This document shows positions 48,064 to 57,794 of a stretch of 62,237 bases of DNA, one piece after another; the first letter of the stretch is position 1, and each line of letters starts with the position of its first letter. Origin of the DNA: a virus (taxonomy: Duplodnaviria; Caudoviricetes); the IMG/VR virus record IMGVR_UViG_3300011336_000364, positions 1-62,237 of that record. The stretch is one strand, 5' to 3'. The notes under the pieces were generated by a model, which ran no database searches, was not told where the DNA came from, and saw nothing but the letters and a program-made list of their open reading frames with translations. The translations under genes and the position numbers were made by a program.

Positions 48064-48462
48064 ATGTTAAACCATGTTACATTAATTGGCCGTCTTGTTG
48101 CAGATCCTGAACATAAGCAATCAAGTAATGGTAAAGGATTATGCTCAATCCGCATTGCTGTAGATCGCAAGGGACGCGAGAAAGAGACGGACTTTTTCAG
48201 CTGTACAGCATTTGGGCAGACTGCTGATGCGCTTAGCACCTATGCGCAAAAGGGTAGGCTTATTGCTATTACTGGGAAGATTCAGATTGATAACTACACA
48301 GATAAAGATGGCGCAAAGCGTCAAGGACTTAAGGTGATAGTTGATCAGTGGACGCTTCTTGATTCACGTAAAGAGCAAGATGGACAGGTTAGCCCTCCAC
48401 CGAATCCGCGCCCAGCAGGTAAGTTGCAAGTAGACGATATTGACGATCCATTTGCGGATTAG
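48064..48462 (+). CDS. ssb: Single-stranded DNA-binding protein
   Basis: MLNHVTLIGRLVADPE...TDFFSC..FG..A...KGRLIAITG; acidic tail DDIDDPFAD. Confidence 0.95.
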   Translation: MLNHVTLIGRLVADPEHKQSSNGKGLCSIRIAVDRKGREKETDFFSCTAFGQTADALSTYAQKGRLIAITGKIQIDNYTDKDGAKRQGLKVIVDQWTLLDSRKEQDGQVSPPPNPRPAGKLQVDDIDDPFAD

Positions 48463-48665
48463 TCTAGTAGATTTAATTCCATTGCTTTGCCAAGAGCTGC
48501 ATATCTAGCACGTGGACCTGAAACGCCAAGTTTTGCATAGATGCACTCAAAGTAAAAGTGAATAGTTCGTAATCCAAGGTTAAGCTCAAGTGCTATAGCC
48601 TTGGATGTTTTTTTGTCTGCTACTAATTTTAAAACTTGCTTTTCGCGACTTGACAACTTAATCAT
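48459..48665 (-). CDS. LuxR/GerE-family HTH transcription regulator
   Basis: LSSREKQVLKLVA..KTSKAIALELNLGLRTIHFY...IYAKLGV; start reassigned to ATG 48665. Confidence 0.85.
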   Translation of the reverse strand: MIKLSSREKQVLKLVADKKTSKAIALELNLGLRTIHFYFECIYAKLGVSGPRARYAALGKAMELNLLD

Positions 48666-48674
48666 AGTATGTTT

Positions 48675-48689
48675 ATTGTACCGCAGGTA
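48675..48689 (-). promoter_or_regulatory. Phage promoter variant TACCTGCGGTACAAT
   Basis: 9 nt upstream of the LuxR ATG. Confidence 0.65.
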
Positions 48690-48736
48690 ATGCATTCCAA
48701 ATTGCAAACAGTGTATGATGCGGTGAGGTATACCAC

Positions 48737-48985
48737 ATGGGCGTTGTCAAAAAGTATCAAAATCCTGCAGGTGGATTGAACGCGGCTGGACGTGCGCATT
48801 TTAAGCGTACGACTGGAGCTAATCTTAAACCACCAGCACCTACTCCAAAGACATCTGCCGATGCTGCGCGACGTAAATCATTCTGTGCTCGCATGGAAGG
48901 AATGAAGAGAGTCAATACTTCAGCAAAAACAGCAAGTGATCCTAATTCACGTATCAATAAATCGTTACGAGCATGGGACTGTTAG
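48737..48985 (+). CDS. Conserved small basic phage protein (DUF6321-like)
   Basis: GGLNAAGR...RRKSFCARM...SRINKSLRAWDC. Confidence 0.7.
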   Translation: MGVVKKYQNPAGGLNAAGRAHFKRTTGANLKPPAPTPKTSADAARRKSFCARMEGMKRVNTSAKTASDPNSRINKSLRAWDC

Positions 48986-48997
48986 TGAGGTATAGAC

Positions 48998-50125
48998 ATG
49001 GCAGATCGTAAATTTAATCAAAAGCGTGACGATGCAAATGAGGCACGTGGCAAAGGTAAAGTTACACGGGCAGTAGGAACTACTCGTGGCCCAGGAATGA
49101 ATTCCCAACCTCCTTCACTAGGTTTAGGTAGATCGTCCATTTCTAATGCCAGCTTTGAGCAATATCCAGATCTTCCTAGCACCAGAACTCGCGGATTAGG
49201 TGCCAAATTTTCATTTCAACCACCAGATTTTGGCGTAAAACGTCCGGGTGAAATGTCACAACGCGCAAGTAGAGAAGCTGATGTTCGAGGATTTAATGCA
49301 GGAGCAATTAGCCGTCCCGGCACACGTGTTCAAGGCGGATCTGAAACTACTAGTCCTAGAGCAAGTGCATTTTTTGAAGCATCGGCAAATGAACGTCGTA
49401 ATAAACGCGCTTTTGAAGCTGGTATTCAAAAAAACGGACTGCCTGTAAAAAGAGATGAAAAAGGAATTATGCGGGACTACGATAAACAAGCTCGCGCTTC
49501 CGAGAATACTGGAAGAGGTGAAGCACGTGATGCTATGAACCGCTATTTGGGTAATCAAACAGACAAAATGCGACGCATGACTGGCAACCCTGTAACATCC
49601 GCTCTTGGACCTGGTTTAAGAAGCTTTGATGAGGCAATGGGTAAAACGCCTAGCGATATGCGCCGTGAAGGTACTGCGCCGCCTAAACCGTCTCCACGTA
49701 CATCTGTCCCTGAAGGTATGAAGATGCGCGATAGTGGCGGTAGAAGCATGGGTATAAGTGGCAGTGAAGCTTCTGACAACATGCGTAAGTATCAAAAATC
49801 ACGTAGTGGTATTGCAGACGTAGATAGTACTAGACGTGAAAATGCTGGAATGCTTACAGGTGCTTTAACTGTTCCAATCGCGTATGGACTCAAAGCGTTA
49901 TATGACGATCGTCGTCAACAAACAATTGATAATAACGTTAATCGCCGACGCGACGACGCATCCGATATGGGACCAGTTAAAGGACGAGCACTTGAGCGCA
50001 GTAACCAATTTGAGGGTGGTCGCCCTAAAACAGCAGCAGAATTAAATCAAGAAAAGGACGTTGCCACAATGAAGAAAAATGGCACCTCTCTTACTAAAGC
50101 AATGCTTAAGGATGCAAAAAAATGA
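48998..50125 (+). CDS. Disordered Arg/Gly-rich late protein
   Basis: GAGG RBS; low complexity. Confidence 0.65.
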   Translation: MADRKFNQKRDDANEARGKGKVTRAVGTTRGPGMNSQPPSLGLGRSSISNASFEQYPDLPSTRTRGLGAKFSFQPPDFGVKRPGEMSQRASREADVRGFNAGAISRPGTRVQGGSETTSPRASAFFEASANERRNKRAFEAGIQKNGLPVKRDEKGIMRDYDKQARASENTGRGEARDAMNRYLGNQTDKMRRMTGNPVTSALGPGLRSFDEAMGKTPSDMRREGTAPPKPSPRTSVPEGMKMRDSGGRSMGISGSEASDNMRKYQKSRSGIADVDSTRRENAGMLTGALTVPIAYGLKALYDDRRQQTIDNNVNRRRDDASDMGPVKGRALERSNQFEGGRPKTAAELNQEKDVATMKKNGTSLTKAMLKDAKK

Positions 50126-50358
50126 TGGGTCGAATGAACAAGCATATCAACTCTCTTTCAATGCGCACATTGATGAAGGTTGAGAAGAAAGAACATGGCA
50201 TGAAAAATATGCCAACTAAAAAAGGTCTTCCTGCAATGGAGATGAAAGAGCATGGATTGAAATCAAAACCATCTATGTCTCAGATCATGCAAATGGAACG
50301 CAAGGAACACCTTAAGGGTGGCAAAATTGTAATTGGTAAGGGTGCTAAAGGTAACTAA
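50122..50358 (+). CDS. Small basic repeat protein
   Basis: Three E-x-KEH repeats. Confidence 0.6.
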   Translation: MMGRMNKHINSLSMRTLMKVEKKEHGMKNMPTKKGLPAMEMKEHGLKSKPSMSQIMQMERKEHLKGGKIVIGKGAKGN

Positions 50359-50360
50359 CA

Positions 50361-53300
50361 ATGGCTATGACTCCATTAACGCGAGCGTTGTTCGCTGATG
50401 AATCTGCTGCAGGGTCCGCTGGTGGGGCTACACCTCCACCAATGCGTTCAATTGCGCCTACGGATCCTATGGCAGCTCATGTACGGAGATTTTTTAGGAC
50501 TAACCCGCAAGCATCTAATGAGCAAATTGCGGGTGCGTTCAAAAAAGAATATAAGCTAGAAGAAGATATTGATCCGGCATCTATTGCTGCATTGCGAGGA
50601 CGAGAAGGACGTCGTCGTGAAATTGCGTCTACGCCATTAGCTGAGCGCCCAGATGCTTCCGCTGTAGCAAAAGCTTCTATTGCAGCAACTACATCTAGTA
50701 CAGTTGGCAACGTAGTACAACCACCTATTCCAGTTAGTACATCTGGTAAAGCTGGCGCTGCACCTCAGCCAAGAGTTTCTGTACAAACACCCAACCAGCA
50801 ACGATTCAACACAAATGATGAATTTTTGCGTGATTACACTAAGCGAATTCTTTCAGGACAAGCAGATGCTCCTGTAATGCCTGATCCAGTTACTAACAAA
50901 ACAATGCCAATTACAATGTCATTGGATGTTAGAACGGCGCCTAATGACGCAGCAAAAGAACTTGCATTATTTAAAGCATTAAAGAAAATGCATAATCGCG
51001 GGTCAAAAGATATGACCTTGCCGGGCGATGTAAACTCTGAAGCACAATTAGCAAAGCGACGAGAAGTGCTTAGTGCTAAGCCTGAAGGAACTATGATTCC
51101 AAAGGCACCTGTCACTAAGGCAACTAGCACTACTGAAGGGTCTACTATCACTACTAATACTGTAGTGCCTAGATCTGTTGTTATGTTTACTCGTGACGCT
51201 ATTCCAAGTGCAAGAGTGGCACCTATTGTGTTACAGCAAATTACACAACGTTATGCTGGCGTTGGTAATAACACTGCTAAGTTTGTTAACGACTACCGTG
51301 ACTTTGCACAGACACGACCTAATGAAGTTGACCCTACGCTTGTTAAGATGATTAGTTTGTATGACGCTAACAAGGGTGTCCCGCAAGCGCAACAGTCACT
51401 TGACAAATTAATTAAGTCTTATGTATCTGCATTGCATGTTCGTACAAACGCGTCTAAGTTAGGATTAGACAACAGTGACGTTGAACGATTACGCAAAACG
51501 TGGGCAGGTACAGCAAACTCTGTAATGAAAGTGTTAGCAGATAACCCACGTGGGTCTATTACTGCAGCACGTAAATTGGACGAGATGTTCTCCCGTGGAG
51601 AATTTGGTGCGTATGCTCGTGGTTATTCAAAAGCAGCATTCCAAAGTTATTTAGATGACTTCGAAAACGGGTTGTCCGAAATGGACCCACGTGCTCATAA
51701 CTGGGGTGAAAAAACTACTGCAGCACGAACAAGCCCAGACGCTACTGCCCAAGAGTTAATTCGTCATGGTTCAGAAATTGCACGTCAAAAACTTGGACGC
51801 CAATTTACTGGAACAGATGAAGCAGGTAATTTAAAGCATCCTGAATTGCGCGTTAAAGTAGATGCTGTCAGCAATTTAATGCAAGCTATTTTGGTTAACC
51901 CAAATACAACTCTTGCTAAAAAAATGCGTGTAGATGTTGCTGACAATATGGAAAAGACTGGTGTTAATGCTGCACTGCAAAACCCAGCAACCGCAAAGGC
52001 AATGGCAGCAGCCTTAGCCAAGCGTAGTGGTAACCCTAACACAACGCAGTTAATTGATCCTAGTACAGGTAAACAAATATTTGATTCAGGATTCCTTAAG
52101 TTAGCAGCTGAGGCTGGGATTGACAAGTCCATTATAGGAAGCACAAAACTGTTATGGGATGGGTTTGGCAGTGCCATTGTTAATGCAGATCCAAGAACAT
52201 CAGCGCAGTTTTCACAGCGTGTAAATGAAGCAGCAGCTGAAGTTTCCAAGGGTACAAAAACAGACTGGAATAAAGTCAGTCAATTACTGAGAGACTATAT
52301 TACTCCAGAGCAAACCAAGTTAATGTTCCCACAGATGGCAATGGCTAAACCTACTAAAAAGGGAGCCGACTTTAGCCCAGAAGTCCATCAAGCAACATAC
52401 TTCAAAAATGCTTTTGCTAAAGCAACTGGATTAAAGATTACAGATGCCGGAGATTTATCTGGAGACACAGGTCGTATGGGCGACTTGATTCTTACTGAAA
52501 TCAAAGCCAATAACCCTAAGCTTTATCAGGAAATGGTACGAAGAGCTAATCTTAACCGTGGTGTTAATTTAGATCCAACGCAAAGTGTAAACACTCGTCG
52601 TAAAGATGTGTTTGATGTAGCTCCGGGTGGAGGAAAGAAGCCGGGAACAACAAACGTTTCTACACCAGTGGCAGGATTTAATCCTAAATCAGTTAATGGT
52701 GTGCAAGTATGGAATGCGTTGTTAAATCCAACGTATCAAGTTCAAGATTGGAAATACAATCCCAACACACAAACGTCTGACCGGCGTACTACTACCATTA
52801 GTCCTGAGCAAGGTGCGCAAGGCCGTACGGGTTTAAACTTATTCCAACAAGCAATGGAAGCAAGTCCTACGATGCGTGGCTTTATGGGCGGTTCAAAAAT
52901 AGGCGAGACAAAGGTTGCACCTGTAGGAGTTATTGGAGCATCTAACACTCAACGGTTAGAAGGAGCAAAGAAACTTGCTGGTATTAAACCAATGGAAGCT
53001 GATGTTTATTCACCAGCCAAAATTAACTTAATGGTTCAGTTAAGTGAGGAGCTTGGCGTTAGCCCACAGATGTTCCGTGGATTACAACCTAATGCAGATG
53101 GAACTATGGCCGAAAAGAAGTTGGCAGCAATCATGGCTAACCCAACTACCAGAAAGCAATACGAAACATTAGCTGATCTTGAAAAGGGATTAGTCGGCAT
53201 CTTCCAAAAGGTTGATAACAATAAAGGACTTGGCTTACCAGAATCAAGTCAAAGAAAAACAGGTACAGGTAAAACTGCATCTGCTATTACAAAGGTTGTT

Positions 53301-54422
53301 TCATCTATTGAAAACATGGACCTGTCTGACTTTGGAGACGACGTCAATAAGGCTCGTGCAGCAAAAATGCGTAGCATTGAATACATACGTGGATTTGCTA
53401 AAAGTGCTGGACAGGAAAGCGCAGGTTCTGCAAGTGGAGCATCCAATGTAGTTAGTTGGATTTTACGAAACAGAACTAACTTCCAAAACTTTGCAGCTCT
53501 TGCACCTAGTAGTGTTCCCGGAAAAATCATACGCCCAAACAATATGTCTGATGCTGATGTATATCGTTTTGGTCGTCAAATAGAAGACGTTATTAAACGT
53601 AGTGGCAATGAAAAACTTATCATTAAATATGTTGATAAGTTTGAACCGGGTCGAAAAGCATTACGACTTTTATCTGAAGTAAATAGCACAGCAGAAGTAG
53701 CAGCTATTGTTGGTGATTTAAATCGTGCAGCTAAAATGTTCGGCGCTAGTGAAGCCAGTGCAATGGGTGGATCCACTGTCAAGACTCCACAGGGTGGTCC
53801 ACGTGGTTCTACGCAAGTTGAGAAGGCTGCTGAAACTGGACGGTTTGCTGGTGTGCAACGACCAGAACTTGGCACTGTAGGGCCTACAAGTGCTGGCCAC
53901 AAGGCGCCCGGTGCACCTACTGGCGCTAATTACCAGTATCAACCATTTATGGGTGAAAATAGCCCAGAGTCTTGGGTTCGCAAGTGGACAGCATTTGCTA
54001 AGAATTCGTTCCAGCCGGGTTCCGAATCATATCGACTTGCAATGCAGATGGGGCAAAAACTTGGAAGCAACTACTCACTAGAACAAATTCTGACACCAGT
54101 ACCTACAGGTGGTGCAAAGGCTAAACGTTCTGAAGGTGCAGAAGGATTTACTCCAACGCAAGAAACCAGAGCAAAGCAGTTGATTGTTAATCGGGCTAAA
54201 GAAGCTGGCATTCTGGTTCAAGGGCGTTCTAGTAACCGCCTACCAATGCCAACAGAGGACGCCACACCAGCTCGCGGTAGAAACATTGGCGTAACTGCAG
54301 ACATGCTCCCAGCAAAGGGCAAGCAAGGTGGAGCCGGTGGTCGTGCAGCTTTAGGTATTGGCGCAGCAACTATCGCTGGAGGCATTAAGGACATCATTCA
54401 ATCTCGCTCTGGAGGTAAATAA
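50361..54422 (+). CDS. Large (1353 aa) hypothetical protein, possible internal head protein
   Basis: Ala/Gly/Lys-rich long ORF in the pre-terminase cluster. Confidence 0.7.
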   Translation: MAMTPLTRALFADESAAGSAGGATPPPMRSIAPTDPMAAHVRRFFRTNPQASNEQIAGAFKKEYKLEEDIDPASIAALRGREGRRREIASTPLAERPDASAVAKASIAATTSSTVGNVVQPPIPVSTSGKAGAAPQPRVSVQTPNQQRFNTNDEFLRDYTKRILSGQADAPVMPDPVTNKTMPITMSLDVRTAPNDAAKELALFKALKKMHNRGSKDMTLPGDVNSEAQLAKRREVLSAKPEGTMIPKAPVTKATSTTEGSTITTNTVVPRSVVMFTRDAIPSARVAPIVLQQITQRYAGVGNNTAKFVNDYRDFAQTRPNEVDPTLVKMISLYDANKGVPQAQQSLDKLIKSYVSALHVRTNASKLGLDNSDVERLRKTWAGTANSVMKVLADNPRGSITAARKLDEMFSRGEFGAYARGYSKAAFQSYLDDFENGLSEMDPRAHNWGEKTTAARTSPDATAQELIRHGSEIARQKLGRQFTGTDEAGNLKHPELRVKVDAVSNLMQAILVNPNTTLAKKMRVDVADNMEKTGVNAALQNPATAKAMAAALAKRSGNPNTTQLIDPSTGKQIFDSGFLKLAAEAGIDKSIIGSTKLLWDGFGSAIVNADPRTSAQFSQRVNEAAAEVSKGTKTDWNKVSQLLRDYITPEQTKLMFPQMAMAKPTKKGADFSPEVHQATYFKNAFAKATGLKITDAGDLSGDTGRMGDLILTEIKANNPKLYQEMVRRANLNRGVNLDPTQSVNTRRKDVFDVAPGGGKKPGTTNVSTPVAGFNPKSVNGVQVWNALLNPTYQVQDWKYNPNTQTSDRRTTTISPEQGAQGRTGLNLFQQAMEASPTMRGFMGGSKIGETKVAPVGVIGASNTQRLEGAKKLAGIKPMEADVYSPAKINLMVQLSEELGVSPQMFRGLQPNADGTMAEKKLAAIMANPTTRKQYETLADLEKGLVGIFQKVDNNKGLGLPESSQRKTGTGKTASAITKVVSSIENMDLSDFGDDVNKARAAKMRSIEYIRGFAKSAGQESAGSASGASNVVSWILRNRTNFQNFAALAPSSVPGKIIRPNNMSDADVYRFGRQIEDVIKRSGNEKLIIKYVDKFEPGRKALRLLSEVNSTAEVAAIVGDLNRAAKMFGASEASAMGGSTVKTPQGGPRGSTQVEKAAETGRFAGVQRPELGTVGPTSAGHKAPGAPTGANYQYQPFMGENSPESWVRKWTAFAKNSFQPGSESYRLAMQMGQKLGSNYSLEQILTPVPTGGAKAKRSEGAEGFTPTQETRAKQLIVNRAKEAGILVQGRSSNRLPMPTEDATPARGRNIGVTADMLPAKGKQGGAGGRAALGIGAATIAGGIKDIIQSRSGGK

Positions 54423-55225
54423 TGCCACAAGATAATAATCCTAGATTAAAAGGGTCCCGATCCATGATGGGTGGTATTTCGGGACCGATGAAAGGAATTA
54501 ATGTAAGACCTTATATGGGTGCTGCTTATCCTGTAAATGCCGCAGGACGAATGATTAATGCATTGGGTAACCCTAATCCTGATATTGCCAAAGAAATGGC
54601 TACAGTAGAGTTGCTTAAGTTACTTGGCAATGCTGGTCAAGATACTGCATCTGCGTTTATTGGCCCAGCGGCTTTTATACCAAACATGCTAATGGACACC
54701 GGCGCATCTGTAATGGATTCTGAAATTACATCTGGATTACAAAAAGCAAATAAAGCGCTTGGATTACAAAAAATACTTGGCATGGAAAACGTTGTTGACG
54801 ATCCAACATCAAGGCGTAATTTTATACAGGCAGCTACTGCTGAATTACCACAATGGATGGGAACTAAAGGGCCAGCTCTTAATCACATAATGAGCTTGTT
54901 TAATTCTCCCGCACAAATGGCTAAAGGCATTGTTGATGAAAATATGGTTTACCCATTAGCAAGTAATGAATACCGTAAGCAATACAATACAACGCAAGGC
55001 CATCCTTGGCGTAACTTTACTGCTATTGATGAATCTGATAAAAGGCAACGTGAATCGTCTGATATGGGTCCAGTAAAAGGACGTATGCTTACAGATAAAA
55101 ACCGTAGGTCTAGCCCTGTGTCTATTCATTACGATCGTCCAGATATGCAAGGTGGTGGATCTGGTGTACCATCTAGGGTAAGCAAATATCCTCAGTTTAG
55201 GAGTGGCCGAATACCAAGTGAGTAA
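54422..55225 (+). CDS. Hypothetical late protein
   Basis: GGAGG RBS, TAATG coupling. Confidence 0.65.
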   Translation: MPQDNNPRLKGSRSMMGGISGPMKGINVRPYMGAAYPVNAAGRMINALGNPNPDIAKEMATVELLKLLGNAGQDTASAFIGPAAFIPNMLMDTGASVMDSEITSGLQKANKALGLQKILGMENVVDDPTSRRNFIQAATAELPQWMGTKGPALNHIMSLFNSPAQMAKGIVDENMVYPLASNEYRKQYNTTQGHPWRNFTAIDESDKRQRESSDMGPVKGRMLTDKNRRSSPVSIHYDRPDMQGGGSGVPSRVSKYPQFRSGRIPSE

Positions 55226-55940
55226 TCAATGTAAAGCCTCTGTGAAGAGGAAGGACGGTGTTAGGCAATGTCAACAGCTAGCCGTTCAAGGGACTCCGTT
55301 TTGCGGAATACACAATAAGAAGAGTAAGGAAGTTGCAGAAAGCCCACAGTTTAAAACTGGTATTTACAGTGAATTTAAACAAAGGTTTTCAGGAGTAGCT
55401 CCTAAGCTCTTAAAGCGCATTAGTGAATTGCGCGAAGATCCAGACTTATGGTCCTTGAAAGATGATGCTGCATACGTTACTGCATTAATGGACTTGCGGT
55501 CTGAGGCCGTCGATGAAGGTGTCACGTTAGAGCACTATAGATTACTGAAGCGCTCCTACTCAGCTATAATGTCTGCATACAGGCGCGGTGATGATAGCTT
55601 TGATCAGCAATTAAAAGATTTTGAAGACATGCTGAATAAAGGCATGGATGCGTTTGAAGGCAGTCAGGATATTATCTAACTGATTGAACGACGTACAGAA
55701 ATCATTGAAGCCGAACAAAGCATGCTTCACGCCAAGGCGTATACCTTAGAAGTTGATCAAGCATACAGCCTAGTCATGCAAGTGCTTGGAGTAGTTAAAG
55801 CAAACGTACGTAGCTCAGATGAGTTGTCTGCTATTAAATCAGGCATCGCTAAACTACTTAAGGTTTACCAAGAAGCAGACGACATCATAGATGTAGAGGT
55901 CATAGATGAAACTATCAGTCAACACGCGATCGACGCCTAA
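55203..55940 (+). CDS. Putative terminase small subunit, interrupted by in-frame TAA at 55677-55679
   Basis: CKA...CQQLAVQG..FCGIH and FKTGIYS TerS-like motifs; ORFs 55203-55679 and 55722-55940 share a frame; directly upstream of TerL. Confidence 0.65.
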
Positions 55941-57654
55941 AAAATTAAAGAAGTTTGTTCGTCCTGATAAAAGCCTAGCCGTAAGTTTACTTGAAGCGCT
56001 TGAAGAAGAACTAGCAGAAACAATCAGTGCTGGCGATTTTGATTCAGGTAAAGCAACGCCGCTTACCGGTGCTGATTTAGATTACACTACATGGCTTAAA
56101 ACATATGCTCCACATGCTGCAAGCAGTAAACTAGCGGACCACCATAAACGTGCGTGGGATTGGTCAGACGGATTCTCACCGGGTATGCCACCACCAGCAT
56201 TGATTGAGTGTTGGTTCCGTGGAGGTGGCAAAAGTACGACAATGGAACTTATTGTCAGTCGTACGGCTGTACGTGCTACAAGACGATTTGCGTTGTACGT
56301 TTGCGCCACTCAAGATGCTGCTAACCGCCACGTAAGTGATATTGCCAATGCTATGGAAAAGTGTGGCATTGAGCGAGCTGTAAACCAATATGGCTTCTCA
56401 CGAGGATGGAACGCCAGTAAGTTGCGTACATCCAATGGATTCAACATTCTTGCATTTGGATTAGATACCGGCGCACGTGGTGTAAAACTTGATCACTTGC
56501 GACCAGACTTTATAATCTTGGACGACATTGACGAATTAGATGATTCAGTCAACAGGGTCGAAGGTAAAATTCGTACTATTACCCAAACAATCCTTCCCGC
56601 CAAAAGTACCGATTGCGCAATTGTATTTGTGCAAAACGCCATCCACTCTAATAGCGTAATGTCTCGTGTGTTAAGTGGTGAGTTAGACATGCTGCAAAAC
56701 CGCATCCAAAGCAAGGTTGTGCCAGCAATTGAAAACCTACAGTATGAACCAGTTGAAAAAGAAGATGGCCGTATTAGTTGGAAGATTACTGGCGGTACAC
56801 CTACGTGGGATCATAAAAACCTTGAGGTTTGCCAGCGTGAAATAGAAGACTTTGGACTGCTTCCGTTTCTACGTGAGTGCCAACATGACGTTGGTGTAGG
56901 CGGGCGATTCTTTCCTGAGTTTAGAGAGTACGGACCAGAAGGTCAACCATGGCACACAGTTGACGCTATTGACATACAGCCGTGGTGGCGATTCTGGGCA
57001 AGCCATGACTTTGGTACTGGTGCTCCATCATGTTTCTTGCTGTTCGCGTCAGATGAACGTGAAAACGTATACGTCATTGATGAGTGGTATGAAGCAGGTC
57101 ATGTTAGTAGCTCACAAACAACAAAGGTTATTGAGTTGCTTGAAAAACACGGACTTGCAAGTCCAAGAGAACAACGCAAGCGTGATGGTGCATGGAACAC
57201 AAAACTTGAGGCTATTGCCTTTGACTATGCAAATACATTCCCGCCAATGAAAGCAGAAGAACGCATTGGTGAGTATCCGGTCGAAATTTGGTGGGAGCGT
57301 GGACTTGCTGCTGTTCGTGCAGTTAAAGACCGCAAAGCTGGTTGGCAACGATGCAAAGAGCTTCTTATTGATAATGAGGTTGTTGATAAGATTATTCGTC
57401 CAAAGCTACGTATATTACGCAGGAATTGCCCTAATTTAATCAAGCAGTTAAATGACACAATGGCATCACCAAAAGATCTCGACGAAATTGATAACGGTAC
57501 AAAGCACGATCACGCCATTGATAGTTTTAGATATGGGGCAATGTGGCGGATGAATCCAGTAAGATGTCCTGAAGTAGATGGAAAGTCGGATGTTACAGGG
57601 CCACGTAATATGCCATTGTGGTTAACTAACAAAAAGAAAGATGATTACTTATAA
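55906..57654 (+). CDS. terL: Terminase large subunit
   Basis: FRGGGKST Walker A, FIILDDID Walker B, SHDFG and DHAIDSFRYG nuclease motifs. Confidence 0.93.
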   Translation: MKLSVNTRSTPKKLKKFVRPDKSLAVSLLEALEEELAETISAGDFDSGKATPLTGADLDYTTWLKTYAPHAASSKLADHHKRAWDWSDGFSPGMPPPALIECWFRGGGKSTTMELIVSRTAVRATRRFALYVCATQDAANRHVSDIANAMEKCGIERAVNQYGFSRGWNASKLRTSNGFNILAFGLDTGARGVKLDHLRPDFIILDDIDELDDSVNRVEGKIRTITQTILPAKSTDCAIVFVQNAIHSNSVMSRVLSGELDMLQNRIQSKVVPAIENLQYEPVEKEDGRISWKITGGTPTWDHKNLEVCQREIEDFGLLPFLRECQHDVGVGGRFFPEFREYGPEGQPWHTVDAIDIQPWWRFWASHDFGTGAPSCFLLFASDERENVYVIDEWYEAGHVSSSQTTKVIELLEKHGLASPREQRKRDGAWNTKLEAIAFDYANTFPPMKAEERIGEYPVEIWWERGLAAVRAVKDRKAGWQRCKELLIDNEVVDKIIRPKLRILRRNCPNLIKQLNDTMASPKDLDEIDNGTKHDHAIDSFRYGAMWRMNPVRCPEVDGKSDVTGPRNMPLWLTNKKKDDYL

Positions 57655-57794
57655 TGCCGTTATGGTTTTTGCTTGTGATTTGTTTGTTCATGATCGCCAT
57701 GTCAGTGTGGTGTTACTTCATGTATAAGCTTGTTCGCGAATTAAAATATGAACGTATTTTAAGAGTTATTGAAAAGATGGAGAATTGGTTATGA
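57654..57794 (+). CDS. 46-aa membrane microprotein
   Basis: MPLWFLLVICLFMIAMSVWCYF...; coupled to TerL and portal; not in the ORF track. Confidence 0.55.
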   Translation: MPLWFLLVICLFMIAMSVWCYFMYKLVRELKYERILRVIEKMENWL

